DNA from: Mytilus trossulus | Taxonomy: Eukaryota | Direction: 5' to 3' | DNA: 64,000 bases | NCBI RefSeq assembly: GCF_036588685.1 | Contig: NC_086386.1 | Coordinates: forward strand, 21,576,001-21,640,000 | In this document: piece by piece, positions 51,601-64,000 of the stretch | Numbering within the stretch: the stretch's first letter is position 1 | Layout: every line of letters starts with the position of its first letter | Made by a program: the position numbers and the translations under genes | Notes under the pieces: model-generated | What the model was told of the DNA's origin: nothing | The model's input: the letters and a program-made list of their open reading frames with translations, nothing else | Database searches by the model: none

Positions 51601-52370
51601 TAAAAATCAGGTGAAAAGGCTTAAATCATCAGAAAGACAAAACATACAAGTGGACGTGGTCATGTTCTTTTGTATGGTTGTTTTATCTTTTGTTTCCATT
51701 ATCAATTCGATTCACAGTAGTAAGTCAATACTAATGACATGGTTATAACGTTGAATAGTTGATGTGTTTAATTTGAATCACCATAACATAGTTTGTTATA
51801 CTTCCCCAAACAAGTTTATGGCATCAATGAGGAATCTGTAATAAGAATCAATAAAAAGAGGTGACAGGAATTGCTCAACACAGCAAAACAAACATACGCC
51901 AACACCTTACTCGTACAATCAAAAAATAGTTTAATCAAACAAAGAAAAGCATTAACGAAAACACAAGTTCCCGATAGCGAAACTTGGAAAAGGCACAACA
52001 TGTAGAGCTAACCCAGTCTTACGTTCATAAAAACCTTGCCTGTCAAGATAGACAAAACCTCAATCCTTTGTCTTTCAGTACAGCCAAGACTTTGTCCACC
52101 TTTTACAATATACTACAACTGTGTTGAAAAAAAAGTCTGTCTGTTTAGTTATTTGCATTGGTTATGTCGTCTTTTATGGCTTGCTCTGTATTTTGTGTTT
52201 TTTGTTGAAGACCGTGTAATGATATGTGAGTATTGGCTGCTACGGCATCTAAATCTCTGTCAGACATTGTTCTCATTTACAACCATATCATTTTCTTCTT
52301 TTTTAAATATATTAAACAAAATACGTGTAGACAAGAAGACGTTATAGTAATATCATTTTTGTTTTATTTC

Positions 52371-54322
52371 CTATATCATGAATCCAGAAAACGATGAATG
52401 ACTATCCCCACGTGCATTGTCTACTGCTGGTCCTCTGTGCTGAATGAAAATATGATCACCTGTCTTCAATGTGACAACACCACTCATGACCAGTGACTCA
52501 GCATGGGAAGAACCAGACGAGTAGCCTTTTAATAAAAGTTCATGATTCTTATTCATCTGTGCTTCAATATCTGCACCCTGTCCATTTGAATAAATGACGC
52601 CTGTAAATTGATATGTTCCATCTTTTGGAGCTATGAAAACTCCGGTTATAGGATCATATCCTCCTTCGATATTGGTTTTTACACTGTCGAATTTCAGTAT
52701 TTGTTCGTTCCCGAAATTTTCACCAGAAACTAATAACACTGCAAAAAAGGCTGGTTTCGTATCTGGAAACAAAAATGAACACAACATTAATTTGAATTGT
52801 TACTGTTTAAAATGTGAATATTGTTATAACGTATTGAGTCTTGTAACGTCACATGTACGTATACATGGCAAATAAATTACAACGATGCGAAAAAGGTATG
52901 ATATTGCTACATGTATTTCAATCAATACGAAAATTTAAAAAAGTATCTTCCAAACAAAACTGTTCAGATGTTTATAAAACAATAGTCAGATCGATATCTG
53001 TATTGTTCGAGTTAAATTTGTTTCACAATTTGATTTACATATAGAGCTAGCTGGCATTGATTACTTCATACTGCACTATTACATCCTTGTGCACGAGTAA
53101 TGCAAACATTAAGAATATTTATATCATTTACAATGAAACAACTATCCAGGAAAGACTAAATAAAGTAGATTTAAGCAATTAATGATAACCGTATGTCCAT
53201 AACCAATGAATAAAACATGTCATATAGCAAGCTATGAATGGGTCGACACGACGAAATGTATAATGGTTTAACAAAATAACCAAAGGAATGGTTGTGAATA
53301 TCAGAACAAACGAACTACAGATATGGCAGACAGCTACTAACGTCAACGAATTAATTATAGGCTTTTGACTTCGAAGTGTTACATACAGATTGTGACGGAA
53401 TTAAACTTGCACAGGAGCGTCCAACCCTATTCGTTTCCTAGACAGTGTTGACATATCACAAAATATAAAAAAAACACCTGTTAAATTTTCTGCTGAAGGC
53501 TGGATACATAAATCGACACTAGTCACACAATCAGTAGTTAGAATTCAATAATCAAGTGTACGGTTTATATAAGACCCCCCCCCCCCCCCCCAAACCGAAT
53601 AGGAATACAGTTCGTTTTAAATGAGGGGTACACTTTTTTTCAAATTAAACCTAATAAGCTCCATATATCTAAATATGCAAATCTTAGTAAACAGAATACT
53701 TGATTGTTTACAAATATGCCTGTAACTCAAACTTGTTCATCAATATACTACGCGTTAAGATGACTAAATCAATATTTGAGACCTAAAGGCATGATTTAAA
53801 TAGGTTTAATTGTAAATCTTTATATGAGCTTTGTTCAATAATTATAATGGTAAAATAGTTCCTTTGTGAGACGGTACATTCTTAGATATAAGAAGATGTG
53901 GTATTAGTGACAATGAGATAACTCTCTCATCAAAGTCACAATTTGTAAACTTATGATAAGGTAAATACAATTCATTTGAAACATGAAAAATGGAGTTTTT
54001 TTCAAAACTAAAATAAGATAATTCAGTAACCACTTTTTTTAATCCAATGCTGTAAACGTGGTACCTATAATTATATTGTTTCTAAACATCCGGGATCCCC
54101 TATAAGATATTTTGACAAGATATAACAAAAATACCTACCATTCTGTGTTCTTTTCAGTTGATCAAGTTCTTTTGTTTGGTTTAGTACGGTTTTCTCCAAC
54201 TGATCCAGACGATTCAAAATAGCTGCAGGATCATCTAATAATAGTCGTTTTCTTGCAACCGTAGATGCACCAACATTCAACAAAAAACACATAAATAATA
54301 AGCGATAGTGTGCCTTTGCCAT
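52371..54322 (-). CDS. Secreted C1q-domain-containing protein (signal peptide, short coiled coil, globular C1q); exons 54322-54139 and 52762-52371, ~191 aa
   Basis: Exon 1 MAKAHYRLLFMCFLLNVGAS..KRLLL..LNRLDQLEKTV; phase-1 intron (G|gtaggt...ttccag|AT); exon 2 PAFFA..LKFDSVKTNIEGGYDPITGVFIAPKDGTYQF..LKTGDHIFI..SSFSGFMI. Confidence 0.92.
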
Positions 54323-57300
54323 TGATACGATTTATTCTGAATTTGACATTGAATATCCGTCTTATCTATTCTCACTTGTCATTCTATATTCTGGCCTTGT
54401 TAGATATGACATGGTTAACTTAATTGAGAAACCCAGTTTTCGTGCATTACAAGAACTTTGGGATAATTTCATTTCAGAATTTTTCTTTTTTTGTATTTGC
54501 ATCATTTACAATTGTTTAGACTTGGTAACAATTAACAGATCTACGGTTTATCACGATTGTCAATCATCAACTACCACACAATTGAATTTCATTTCCGTGA
54601 AATGCTGAAATTCCAGCTGTTGTTTGGATCATTCTTGAATTGCCACATGATTACTTAAATGCGGGAAATGTGTTATATGGTACAGGTATCGACATACTTC
54701 AGCTTTGTTATGTTTGCGTATTACTTAAATTTCCTTGCAAGTTTTAAATTCCAAGTTAACAGAAATAATTCCAGAGTTGTCTCTCTTAGTACGTTTTTCA
54801 CTTTACCGTTTCTATTCTGATCAACTTCCATTATTTGTATAAAATCATTTAATTATTAAGAAATGGAATGTATATAGCAAAATGTAATCTTGCTGAAAGT
54901 CAAGCAGCTATTTTTCATTCTGCAAAGGTCGTGCCCTTACCACTAAACAGGTTTTAGTGGTCAAACATTATTCTAAGGTTCACTCAAAGTGTACACGATC
55001 TATCTGATGCCATTTGTGACTTTAATATCAACTAGTATTATAATAATGAATCAGCTTGTATTCAATAAAGAAGAATCGACATGATTTTATTGTTATGGTT
55101 GTATTAATGAGCAGCAAGATTCATAAATTAGCATTATGCTTTGTCAATGAAATCGTTGCAATTTAAAAAAGATATTTTGTTGTTTGCTGTTGTGTAACAT
55201 TTGTTTTTCGTTCACTATTTTGTAAATAAATTAGGTCTCTAGTTTTTTTGATCTGAATTATTTTACATTTTTGATTGGAAGCTTTTTATAGTTGACTATA
55301 CGGGATGCGTGTTGCTAATTGTTGAAGGCCTAATTTCTGTGTCATTTTATCGCTTGTGTGAAGAGTTGTCTAATTTGCAATCATACCACATCATCTTTTT
55401 TTAATAAGACAAAAAAACAGGGAGAATATATCTAAGGGAAAATAAACAATCATTATAGTTATTTTTTTTTACATAAAACCTTTGCTCGATTCGATCATAG
55501 CTATAAACAATTTGGTTTGGAAGATTGGCAGAACTTGTAGAAAACTTATTACAAGCAGAATAGAACATCCTAATGTCTACGGTAATGTGGTTTAAAGTTA
55601 GGTATACACATATTGATCCTTAAAAACTTATTCTTAAAGGTTAGTAACCAATTTAACACGGTAATCAAATCTTTTGTATATTCATTTTATTTGTAAAATA
55701 TCGAGTTTGTTAATATAATCTAACTAAAGTTCATTGTTATACACATATGTACATTCACGGTCCTACATAGAAATCAGAAGATGTGGAACGACGTATTACG
55801 AGTTCCAAATAAGACAACTCTCCACAAGAGAACACAATGACACAGTGATTTACAACTATAGGTAATCTGTCATGATTATCTGTGACTTTTAAAGACTTCT
55901 TTGCAATTGACCTATTAGTTGTCGGATGTGTACTGCTTGATATTTTAGTCTTATATATATTATTGTCTTTCAACTAGATTTCAGTAACTGCGATTTCTCT
56001 CAGATGTGTACTGGGTCTTTTGTGTTTGTCTTAGTTGGTTTTTTGTGCTTTGCATCAATCTAATGAGTTTAGCCCTTTTCAAGGGATTTTTATGGTTTGT
56101 TCTTATTTTATGCTGTTACGCCATTGTCATAAGTTGGGATGGCTTGGTGTCGACACACTCGTTTAACCCTGACAATGAGTGTTTCCTAAGTCAAGAGCAT
56201 GTTATCGTTGTCGTTCGTTGCTGGGTATCTTTGCCCTTCGTGTATTGTTTTGAACATTTAACCAGGCATTTACTTTCTCGTTTGAATTGTTTTACATTTT
56301 TAATTCAGAACCTTTTATATCTGACTTTGGGGTACGGATTTTGCTCGCTGTTCAAGGCCGTACAGTTACATGTATCTATATTATAACTTTTACATCAATT
56401 GATGTTTATTAAAGAGATGTTCCATCGGAAAGTATACCACATCTCCTTATGTTTATATAGATATTACTATGGACAATTCAAAACCCAAGAACAGTCTCAA
56501 CACACAAATATATGTGAGTTATGACGTTTTGTCCGGTGAATATCACTTTTTGTCAGTGCTGTCCTTTGGGAAAGGAGGATTTCTTTATAAATTTAAACTA
56601 GTTAAGGTCATAATCGCATTCATATGTTGTTCGTGCTTGTGTCATTTGGTCTTGGTATGAACCCAGTTTATCCCACGTAGGAATTATTGCCCTTCTAGAA
56701 AAACCTCAACAAGAAACACCGTCGGTTATATGATTGTGTAGCAAGCTATCTGTTTGCCGTCAAAACCGGCCTAGCACGCTTTGTCTTTGGAATGCTGTGT
56801 TTCCGTCGTTATGCATGACAGGTATAAAACGGATACATCCGATCGTGATTTTTCTTGTGAGACGGTCTAAATACTAATTTTTGGTGAAAATATTTGTTTT
56901 GGTTTTGCTTTTGTTTATTTGCCACAAATACAAGGGAGGCAATTTAGAAAAGGCAAGTATATTGGACTTGAATTATCCTTCTTCAATTGCGGAAGTAGTC
57001 TCATGAACACACGAGCTCTGATTAAAATATTTTGAATTCATTATAATATATTTAAACTCTTCAAACGTATGAGAATTAATTGAAACTGACAATAACTGAA
57101 CAACGATGTGGAAACTAACAAGATTTTAAATAAGAGAGGAGGGTATATTAATTGGAGGCTTTTCAGATTTCATCAATTATTTTTTGTCCAAATTTAATCA
57201 AACAGAAATTCAATCGATTTCGTAAACTAAAGGACTTTTTATTTGTATCAGAAAACTGCGTTCAAATTTGTATATCTTTTTGTCCAGATCTCAATAGATT

Positions 57301-60300
57301 AGGATAAAAATAATTTAAAGCAATCGAGAAAACAATTGTTACTGTCATCAACACGTGACACTCTGCCATTTAAATGGAGGATAGTTCCTGGTATTTATGA
57401 ATAATTCAATCAGTTGGAAGTAGACGGTTGCTGGTTTATTGTGCATTGTTTGTATATAGAGTCTATATGAACTCTGATCTTTTCATTTCATCCTAGTTCG
57501 ATCCTCTTCAAATTCAATGGCTACTTTTGAAACTGTAAAACTAAATTTTACAAGGCAATGATTAATTTTTTAATGATTCAGATCAAATTTTCATTGTTGA
57601 TTATAAATCAATCTTTTGTTAATTACGCTTTGAATATTTTGATGCATAATACCGCACATGCACTTTGCACTGCGAAAATTGAAATGTTAATTAAAAAAAC
57701 GTGTGCCCTGCAGCAAAACTCGCATAAATTTCGTGAAGACTGACGTACGAGTTTTTAATTTATTTTTTTTAATTTTCATTATTTGCAAGTGAAATAGAAA
57801 GTAATGTATCTACATTTAATTTCACGTTCTATTAAGAAAAGATTGAAGATTATAAACTATTCTATTTCATTTATAAAAACATCAATTTAGATTTTTAGAA
57901 TTTTTAAAGATAAAGAATGAAGACTGTCTAAACAACAACTCAAAATGATTGATTATTTTGAAATTTGAAGGGTGACGCCATGTATAAAACCTCCCCAATC
58001 CCAAATCCCGCATAGATTTGCGGTATGTATATATAACACTAGATACATGTCGGTTCATTCTTCAGAAGGCCAGACCACAATACACCATAACTGATTCTGT
58101 ACAGCAAAACCACGCTCGTAATACATGTATCTAAACTTATAGTGTTATTTTTCTGAATAATTGAAAGACGTGTATACAAATTACATAAAAACAATGCATG
58201 CCAATTTTTTCCTGTGTTTCTATACATATAAAAAAAAGTATTACAAAAATATCAAAATCCAAGGTTAATGCAGAAAGGGGAATCCCCATAAAAACTGTCA
58301 AATTCAAACGTTATCAACCAAAGGACTCAGAAAAACAACTGTCTTATCCCCTATATATAGCTACTTGTTATAGACATGCTTCGAAGAAAATTGTGACTAA
58401 ACCTGATTATATATGGCGAGCTTAAGCTGCTACTTACATGACCGTTGCTTATAGGTCCGTTATATTGACAAAATGTTGTGGGCAACCCAAACAGACACGA
58501 TAGGTCAACGGAACAATAATTAGGATCCAGAAGCAATAGCTGTGTTAACATACATCACAGACATAGCACCACTGAGTAATACACGGCAAACATACACATA
58601 AATCTAACAAAGACGCCAACCAAAACAGTTTATGTAAATGATACTATAGTAAGTTGACAAAAACACAGATACAAATTATATATAACCGCATATATAGTAT
58701 AACCTTTCTCGACCAAGTCCAAAAAAGTAAGATGTATACAAAATGTACCAAACCAAAATGCGAAATAGAAACAACACTGTAAAAACTTTCGTGTTTGAAT
58801 CGCCTTTCAAAACAGGAACCTGGCAGGTACGTCAGAATTCCGATAGTGGACATGTTAAATGGAAACGACAAACAGAAACATGAAAGCACGATGATATAAA
58901 ATAGTGGGGGAAATTGTTCAATTTTTTTTAACGACGGTCATTGAGATTTCCCCCAAAACACTCCAGTACAATGTACTTTTGTTCGTAGATTCTTTAGTTT
59001 AGTATTTTTTTAAGTTATTTTGTTCTCCTATTATTCAATTCATATAGGCCCTACATTTATAAATTCTTCAATCAATCAGATTAGCGTAATTTTTTTTTTA
59101 AACATCTTTTAATTATATTGAAAATGAGCTGTAATTGACTTTTTCTTATTCGTCCCGTTGGATCAGAAACTCGGAAGCCAAAATAACTATTCTATAAGGT
59201 CCAGAAAATATAATACAAAACTTATTTGGAAAAGTCAAGGCAACGCAATCGTCTGTTTATTTTTTCTAATGCTTTTCGACTTAATTGCAGTCCATGGCTT
59301 GAAAGAAATTTAAAAAAAACTTCAACACCACTTCTGACTCAACAGCTAAGTTACATGATAATTTAAGTACGTGCTCCTTTGCCATTTTAAATTACCTAAG
59401 CCAATTAACATAAAAACAATTACATAATTTTGTTAAACTTATTTTTGTCGGCAAACTTTGTTTTAGCGATATTATGGTACAAGATGCAGATTAGTTCGTT
59501 CTTTGGCCGTAAGACCATTAACTTTAAAAGTGGATATATTTAACTTTAAAAATTGGAGGCCTTTCAATTTTTAATAACTCTTCAACGGATTTAGAATTGA
59601 AGTAGCCCTTTGATTCATGTTCCGTATACGTACCAAATCTTCTTATTTTGATCCAACTAAACCCACTTGAAAATATAAATCTTATTGTATTTGTAGGCTT
59701 GTAGCTTTCGTTATATAATAAACAAAAAACAACCTTGGGGGAGGAACAAGAAAGGATGGCCGGTTACATATACATTATGTACACATATGGAAAATATGCG
59801 ACAATTGTTACATACCTGTCGGCATTTCCTACACAGATTGTTCGTAACCTTCAAAACGTAGAGAAAAACAAAACAGTGACTGCATATATTTCATACCAAA
59901 ATTATTTCAGTGAGAAAAAAAATACTATAATAATACATAAATATTTCAATATAAATCCCAATTAGTATTGTCGTAAGATCTTTTTGTGAAAGAGCAACTG
60001 ACAACGTCCGAATGTTCGTTTGCGTCCGGGTTGTTACCTTCAAAACTGCTTCAACGAGTTCCAAATAAACTTTGCTGTGTATCTGTTTTCTGAAATGAAT
60101 ACATGTGTCCAATGTTCCAGCTAACTAGATATTGGCCACCATAAATTCATACCATGTATACGTAGTCATCAATTAAAGGTATAACAAGATGCAAAACAAT
60201 TCAGAGATTTTTTTTAAATATTTTTTAATACAGTTCATGCATTTATTGAATTTAAATATAATAAAATGTGTGATGATTGCCGACTCTCCATGGACAGGAG

Positions 60301-60349
60301 ACCAAACGCCAAAGAACATAACAATTATAGGTCTCAGTACGGCTTAATG

Positions 60350-60453
60350 TAACCCGAATAATTCAGTCGTTATATTCCGCTGATCTACGAAGGCTACATT
60401 AACTTCGTGTGGGAGAAAATCGGACACGGAAAGGGCTTGAATTATTCGAGTTA
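60350..60453. mobile_element. 104-bp MITE with 16-bp TIRs and a perfect 9-bp TSD, nested in an older repeat
   Basis: GGCTTAATG|TAACCCGAATAATTCA...TGAATTATTCGAGTTA|GGCTTAATG. Confidence 0.88.
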
Positions 60454-63400
60454 GGCTTAATGGCGCTTTACCAATGAGTAAACCCATACCGCATAGTTAG
60501 CTATAAAAAGCCCCGAAATGACAAATGTATAAATTTAAGGATGTTCGTATACATGTATGTAGGTGAATTTAAATAAATCAAGAGTTAAAAAATTAAACTT
60601 TAAGTCAAAAAAGCATTATTTAAGGCTGGTTAAGGGACAAAATAAGCTAAAATTATTCATTGGTTATCATCCGGGAGCTCTTCTTCGAGATAAATGGCGG
60701 GAAAAGGCTCATTCGGACTTTTACCGGCTTATATTTGCATGGTATCATTTGGCATTCGGCAATCCTCTGGGTAGAATCTGGTTTATTTACAAAATAATGG
60801 ACGAAAACAAACACGACATTCAGCAGCAAACGACATTGCCTAATTACTAATCTTTCTTATATATAATACAAATATCGTTATCAACATAGACATACAACAA
60901 AAGGTACGGAGGAGAACTTTATGTTAGATATACTATTCGCAGATATCAAGTAATCTAAATATGTCATTGACATAAAACATGCATGTGCTCTTCAATACAT
61001 TTTATCCGTTAATTATAACAATTTGTGATAAAAAAAAATCATTTTGTAAATCGCCAGTGGCATCTGATACTACAAAACAAATACCAGTAATGTTAGTAAA
61101 AAGAACACAGGGTCGTTCTTTTATTTGTTTTCTGTGTGAACTCTATGAAGTATATTTGTCTATATTATTATAAAAGGCTATACCAGGGTTAAGTGATCAT
61201 TATAGTGAGCGTGGCTTTTAAGTAAAGAAACATTAATAGCATTAACTAAATAGTTTAACAGTCAACTCTACCGCTGTATAGTGATCTATAGTGGGGTATC
61301 GATTAATAGACAAATAGAAATATCAAAATGAAAATTAACTTAGCTTTTGTAAACCTTTTTGAAAAAAAAATTCTATTTGTATTGACTCATGCGTTATTGA
61401 AATTTTTCACATCGATGTTTAAACTGACCAGGGAGACTCTCCGAACGCATGGTGCCAATGTCCGAAAAGTAAATTTGAAAATGTCCGGTATTTAAGAAAA
61501 CAACTTCATCAAATTAAAAATTGTACAATGAACTACAATCGAAGAAGAAAAATATTATTTATGTATTTAATGTAAATCAACAGATGAAATAAAAATATGT
61601 TTCAATAACTGAATACATTAACAAATGATAAAGGTACCTTAACTAAATAAAAGTTGGAAATATTTTGATAATCACACAGGGACGCGAATGCCATTCCTGT
61701 AAGATTTATAAAACTTTCAAATGTCAGTAAATAAGACGAGTACCTCGTGTTTAGTCAATGTCGTTAAACACTACCTATAGCTATAGAAGACTTAGAAGTT
61801 TTAAATAAGACTTGATCTTATACCGATTTTTTTTTAGAAAAAAAATGACAGTATAAGCTGCAATAAAGATCATAACATAAACCCAGTATACAATATCGCA
61901 GGAAAAATAAACCAAGATGTTGTTTTTCGTACCCGTCAATTAAGAAACGATCCTGGTTACTTGTAAATCCTTTAAATAAACTATTTGAGGTTACCATACC
62001 AACACTGTAATTAGATCATTGAATATTGTGTTTTTTGGTATAAGTATTGATTTCTTATCAGTGAATTAAAAGCGAACTACATATTGTTGTTAAATACATA
62101 ATGTATGCACTTTTATGGATTTTCAATATGTCACTATCTGTATCTTGGCATTGCCCAAGGTCGGTTTTTCTCTGGCTGTTTATTGCGTCTTTACACTAAA
62201 TCCATTGGATGTTGTAACACCACCACTGTCTATGGGTAGGGGAGGGTTGGTATCCTGCTAACATGTTTTATCCCGTCACATTCTGTATGCATGTGTCAGT
62301 CTCAATTCAGGAGCTTGTAATTCAGTGGTTGTCGTTTTTTGCTGTGATACATATTTGTTTTTCATTCATTTTTTGTATATTAACTTGGTCGTTAGTTTTC
62401 TCGTTTGAGTTGTTTTACATTTGTCATTTTATGACCTTTTAAAACTGACTATATGGTTTAGGTTTTGTTCGTTGTTGAAGGCCATACGGTTATCTAATAA
62501 GACACTATATTTGTCACTTGCTGTATTCTTTGGTTTCTTGAGAGGAGTTGTTTCACTGGCAATCATACCACATCATCGTTTTTATATATAGTAGAAATAC
62601 TATAATTTGATTTGAATACTTTATTTGAATAAAGTTATAATTTAATATGAATACAATATCAAAAAAAGATAAAAATGCATGTCGGTGCCTATTTAAAAGT
62701 TCATGTAAAATCAAAATGAGTTAAACTGACATTTTATGAATCATCACAACTTTTGTGCTGATATGTACCATACTATAAGCGTCAATAGTCGTCACAAAAA
62801 CCAAAAGGGGTGGTCCGTCTAAATAACACTACAAGGTGAAAACTTTTAATAAAGCTAACGGTTAGTAATACATAAAACAATTTGTATGGAAATCAAGTAC
62901 CCAAATCGTCTTACAACCCTGCTGAGAACTCTAATTAGGATGGCTCAATTTTCAATGGACAACTAAATTTATTGAATATAAAACTTTTCTCCAGGCACTT
63001 TATTTCAATGATTTGCTATTTATTAAACTTTCGAAGGAATGTTTTACCTTCTTAGATTTCATTATAAATTATGCGAAGAAAATATTAAATTTTGTAAAAG
63101 CTTTTGATACAAAAACCGCACCGATGTCATTGTAAAACATCAACATTTTTGTTAATGAATCAGTTTTTAATAAACTCATCCTTGAATATTTGTTCAATAA
63201 AGTATTAAAGAATAAAAATATAGTTTTTCACACCAAGCTTGTTTTCGGAGGTAATATGCATCAAGCTCACAAATTTAAGACTTGTTTCGTATGACATATT
63301 CTTTAAAGTATAGCAACCATAATTCATAAGTGTAAGGTTTATCGCTATAGATGTCTTTTGATAATTGTGTATTTCTGTGTTGATGGTTTGCTGTTTCAGT

Positions 63401-64000
63401 GATGGTCACCCCAAGTTGCCTATATATATATCATTCATATTTATTGGAAGTTATCTTACCATATATAATAACTCAAAGTTTTCAACAAAAATATATGAAA
63501 TTATAATGATATGTTTAACTGATAATATGTGTAAATGCACCAAAGAAACTTTTGAATTCTTTGATTAGGTTTAAGTCTCTTAGATCTACTGCAGTCTTTA
63601 TTTTGTATTATAAGTTGAAGATTGTGAACATAAAAGAGTTTATATCCTTTTACACAAACGGCAGGTCAACGTTTGTCAATGGACCGTCAAATTAAATGAA
63701 TAATTTTGTAAATTTTATGTTTAACTGTTTTTCATTTATGAATGTTTATTACTAAAATGAACTGAGATATGCCGAATATTGTTATTAATAAAGCATGAAA
63801 GGTGTCGTCGTAAATTTCACAAATTGGTGTAAATTTCTTTGTACAAACTTCATATGAACTTTGTTGAAAAGGTGCAAAATGAAAGTTTTGGAACATTACT
63901 GTGAGGTTTCACAAAAATATTTAATAATTCGATGATTGAGGATAATTATGATTTCAAATAGCCGTTTGTCCAGTTTATTGCCAAATTTGTACTGGCCATA

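Noticed and set aside
54400-64000. Numerous 60-126-aa ORFs
   Set aside because: They lie in AT-rich or repeat-derived sequence, often start at non-ATG codons, and show no domain motifs or consistent exon structure; small exons of an unseen gene cannot be fully excluded.

Overview
AT-rich eukaryotic genomic DNA with spliceosomal GT-AG introns. The gene set and repeat content suggest a bivalve mollusc, probably mussel-like (inference). Five host genes: two intronless, convergently oriented LRR-Ig-Thr-stalk paralogs (one probably GPI-anchored, one transmembrane) with patchwork near-identity; a two-exon galactose-3-O-sulfotransferase; a 7-EC delta-type protocadherin with four coding exons; and a two-exon secreted C1q-domain gene. 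The most unusual object is a ~9.3-kb Polinton/Maverick-derived element (19330-28597). It has TG..CA ends, a probable CTTAA target duplication and hairpin-containing inverted termini. Its minus-strand genes for protein-primed PolB, major and minor capsid and other core proteins are all decayed, and I found no recognisable integrase, ATPase or protease. Both arms carry oppositely oriented arrays of a 367-bp repeat, and each unit repeats a 16-20-bp motif from the terminal hairpin. The rest is interspersed repeats: MITEs with TSDs, a SINE, Penelope-like fragments including a dead hammerhead ribozyme, and minisatellites. All family assignments come from motifs recognised by eye; no searches were run.
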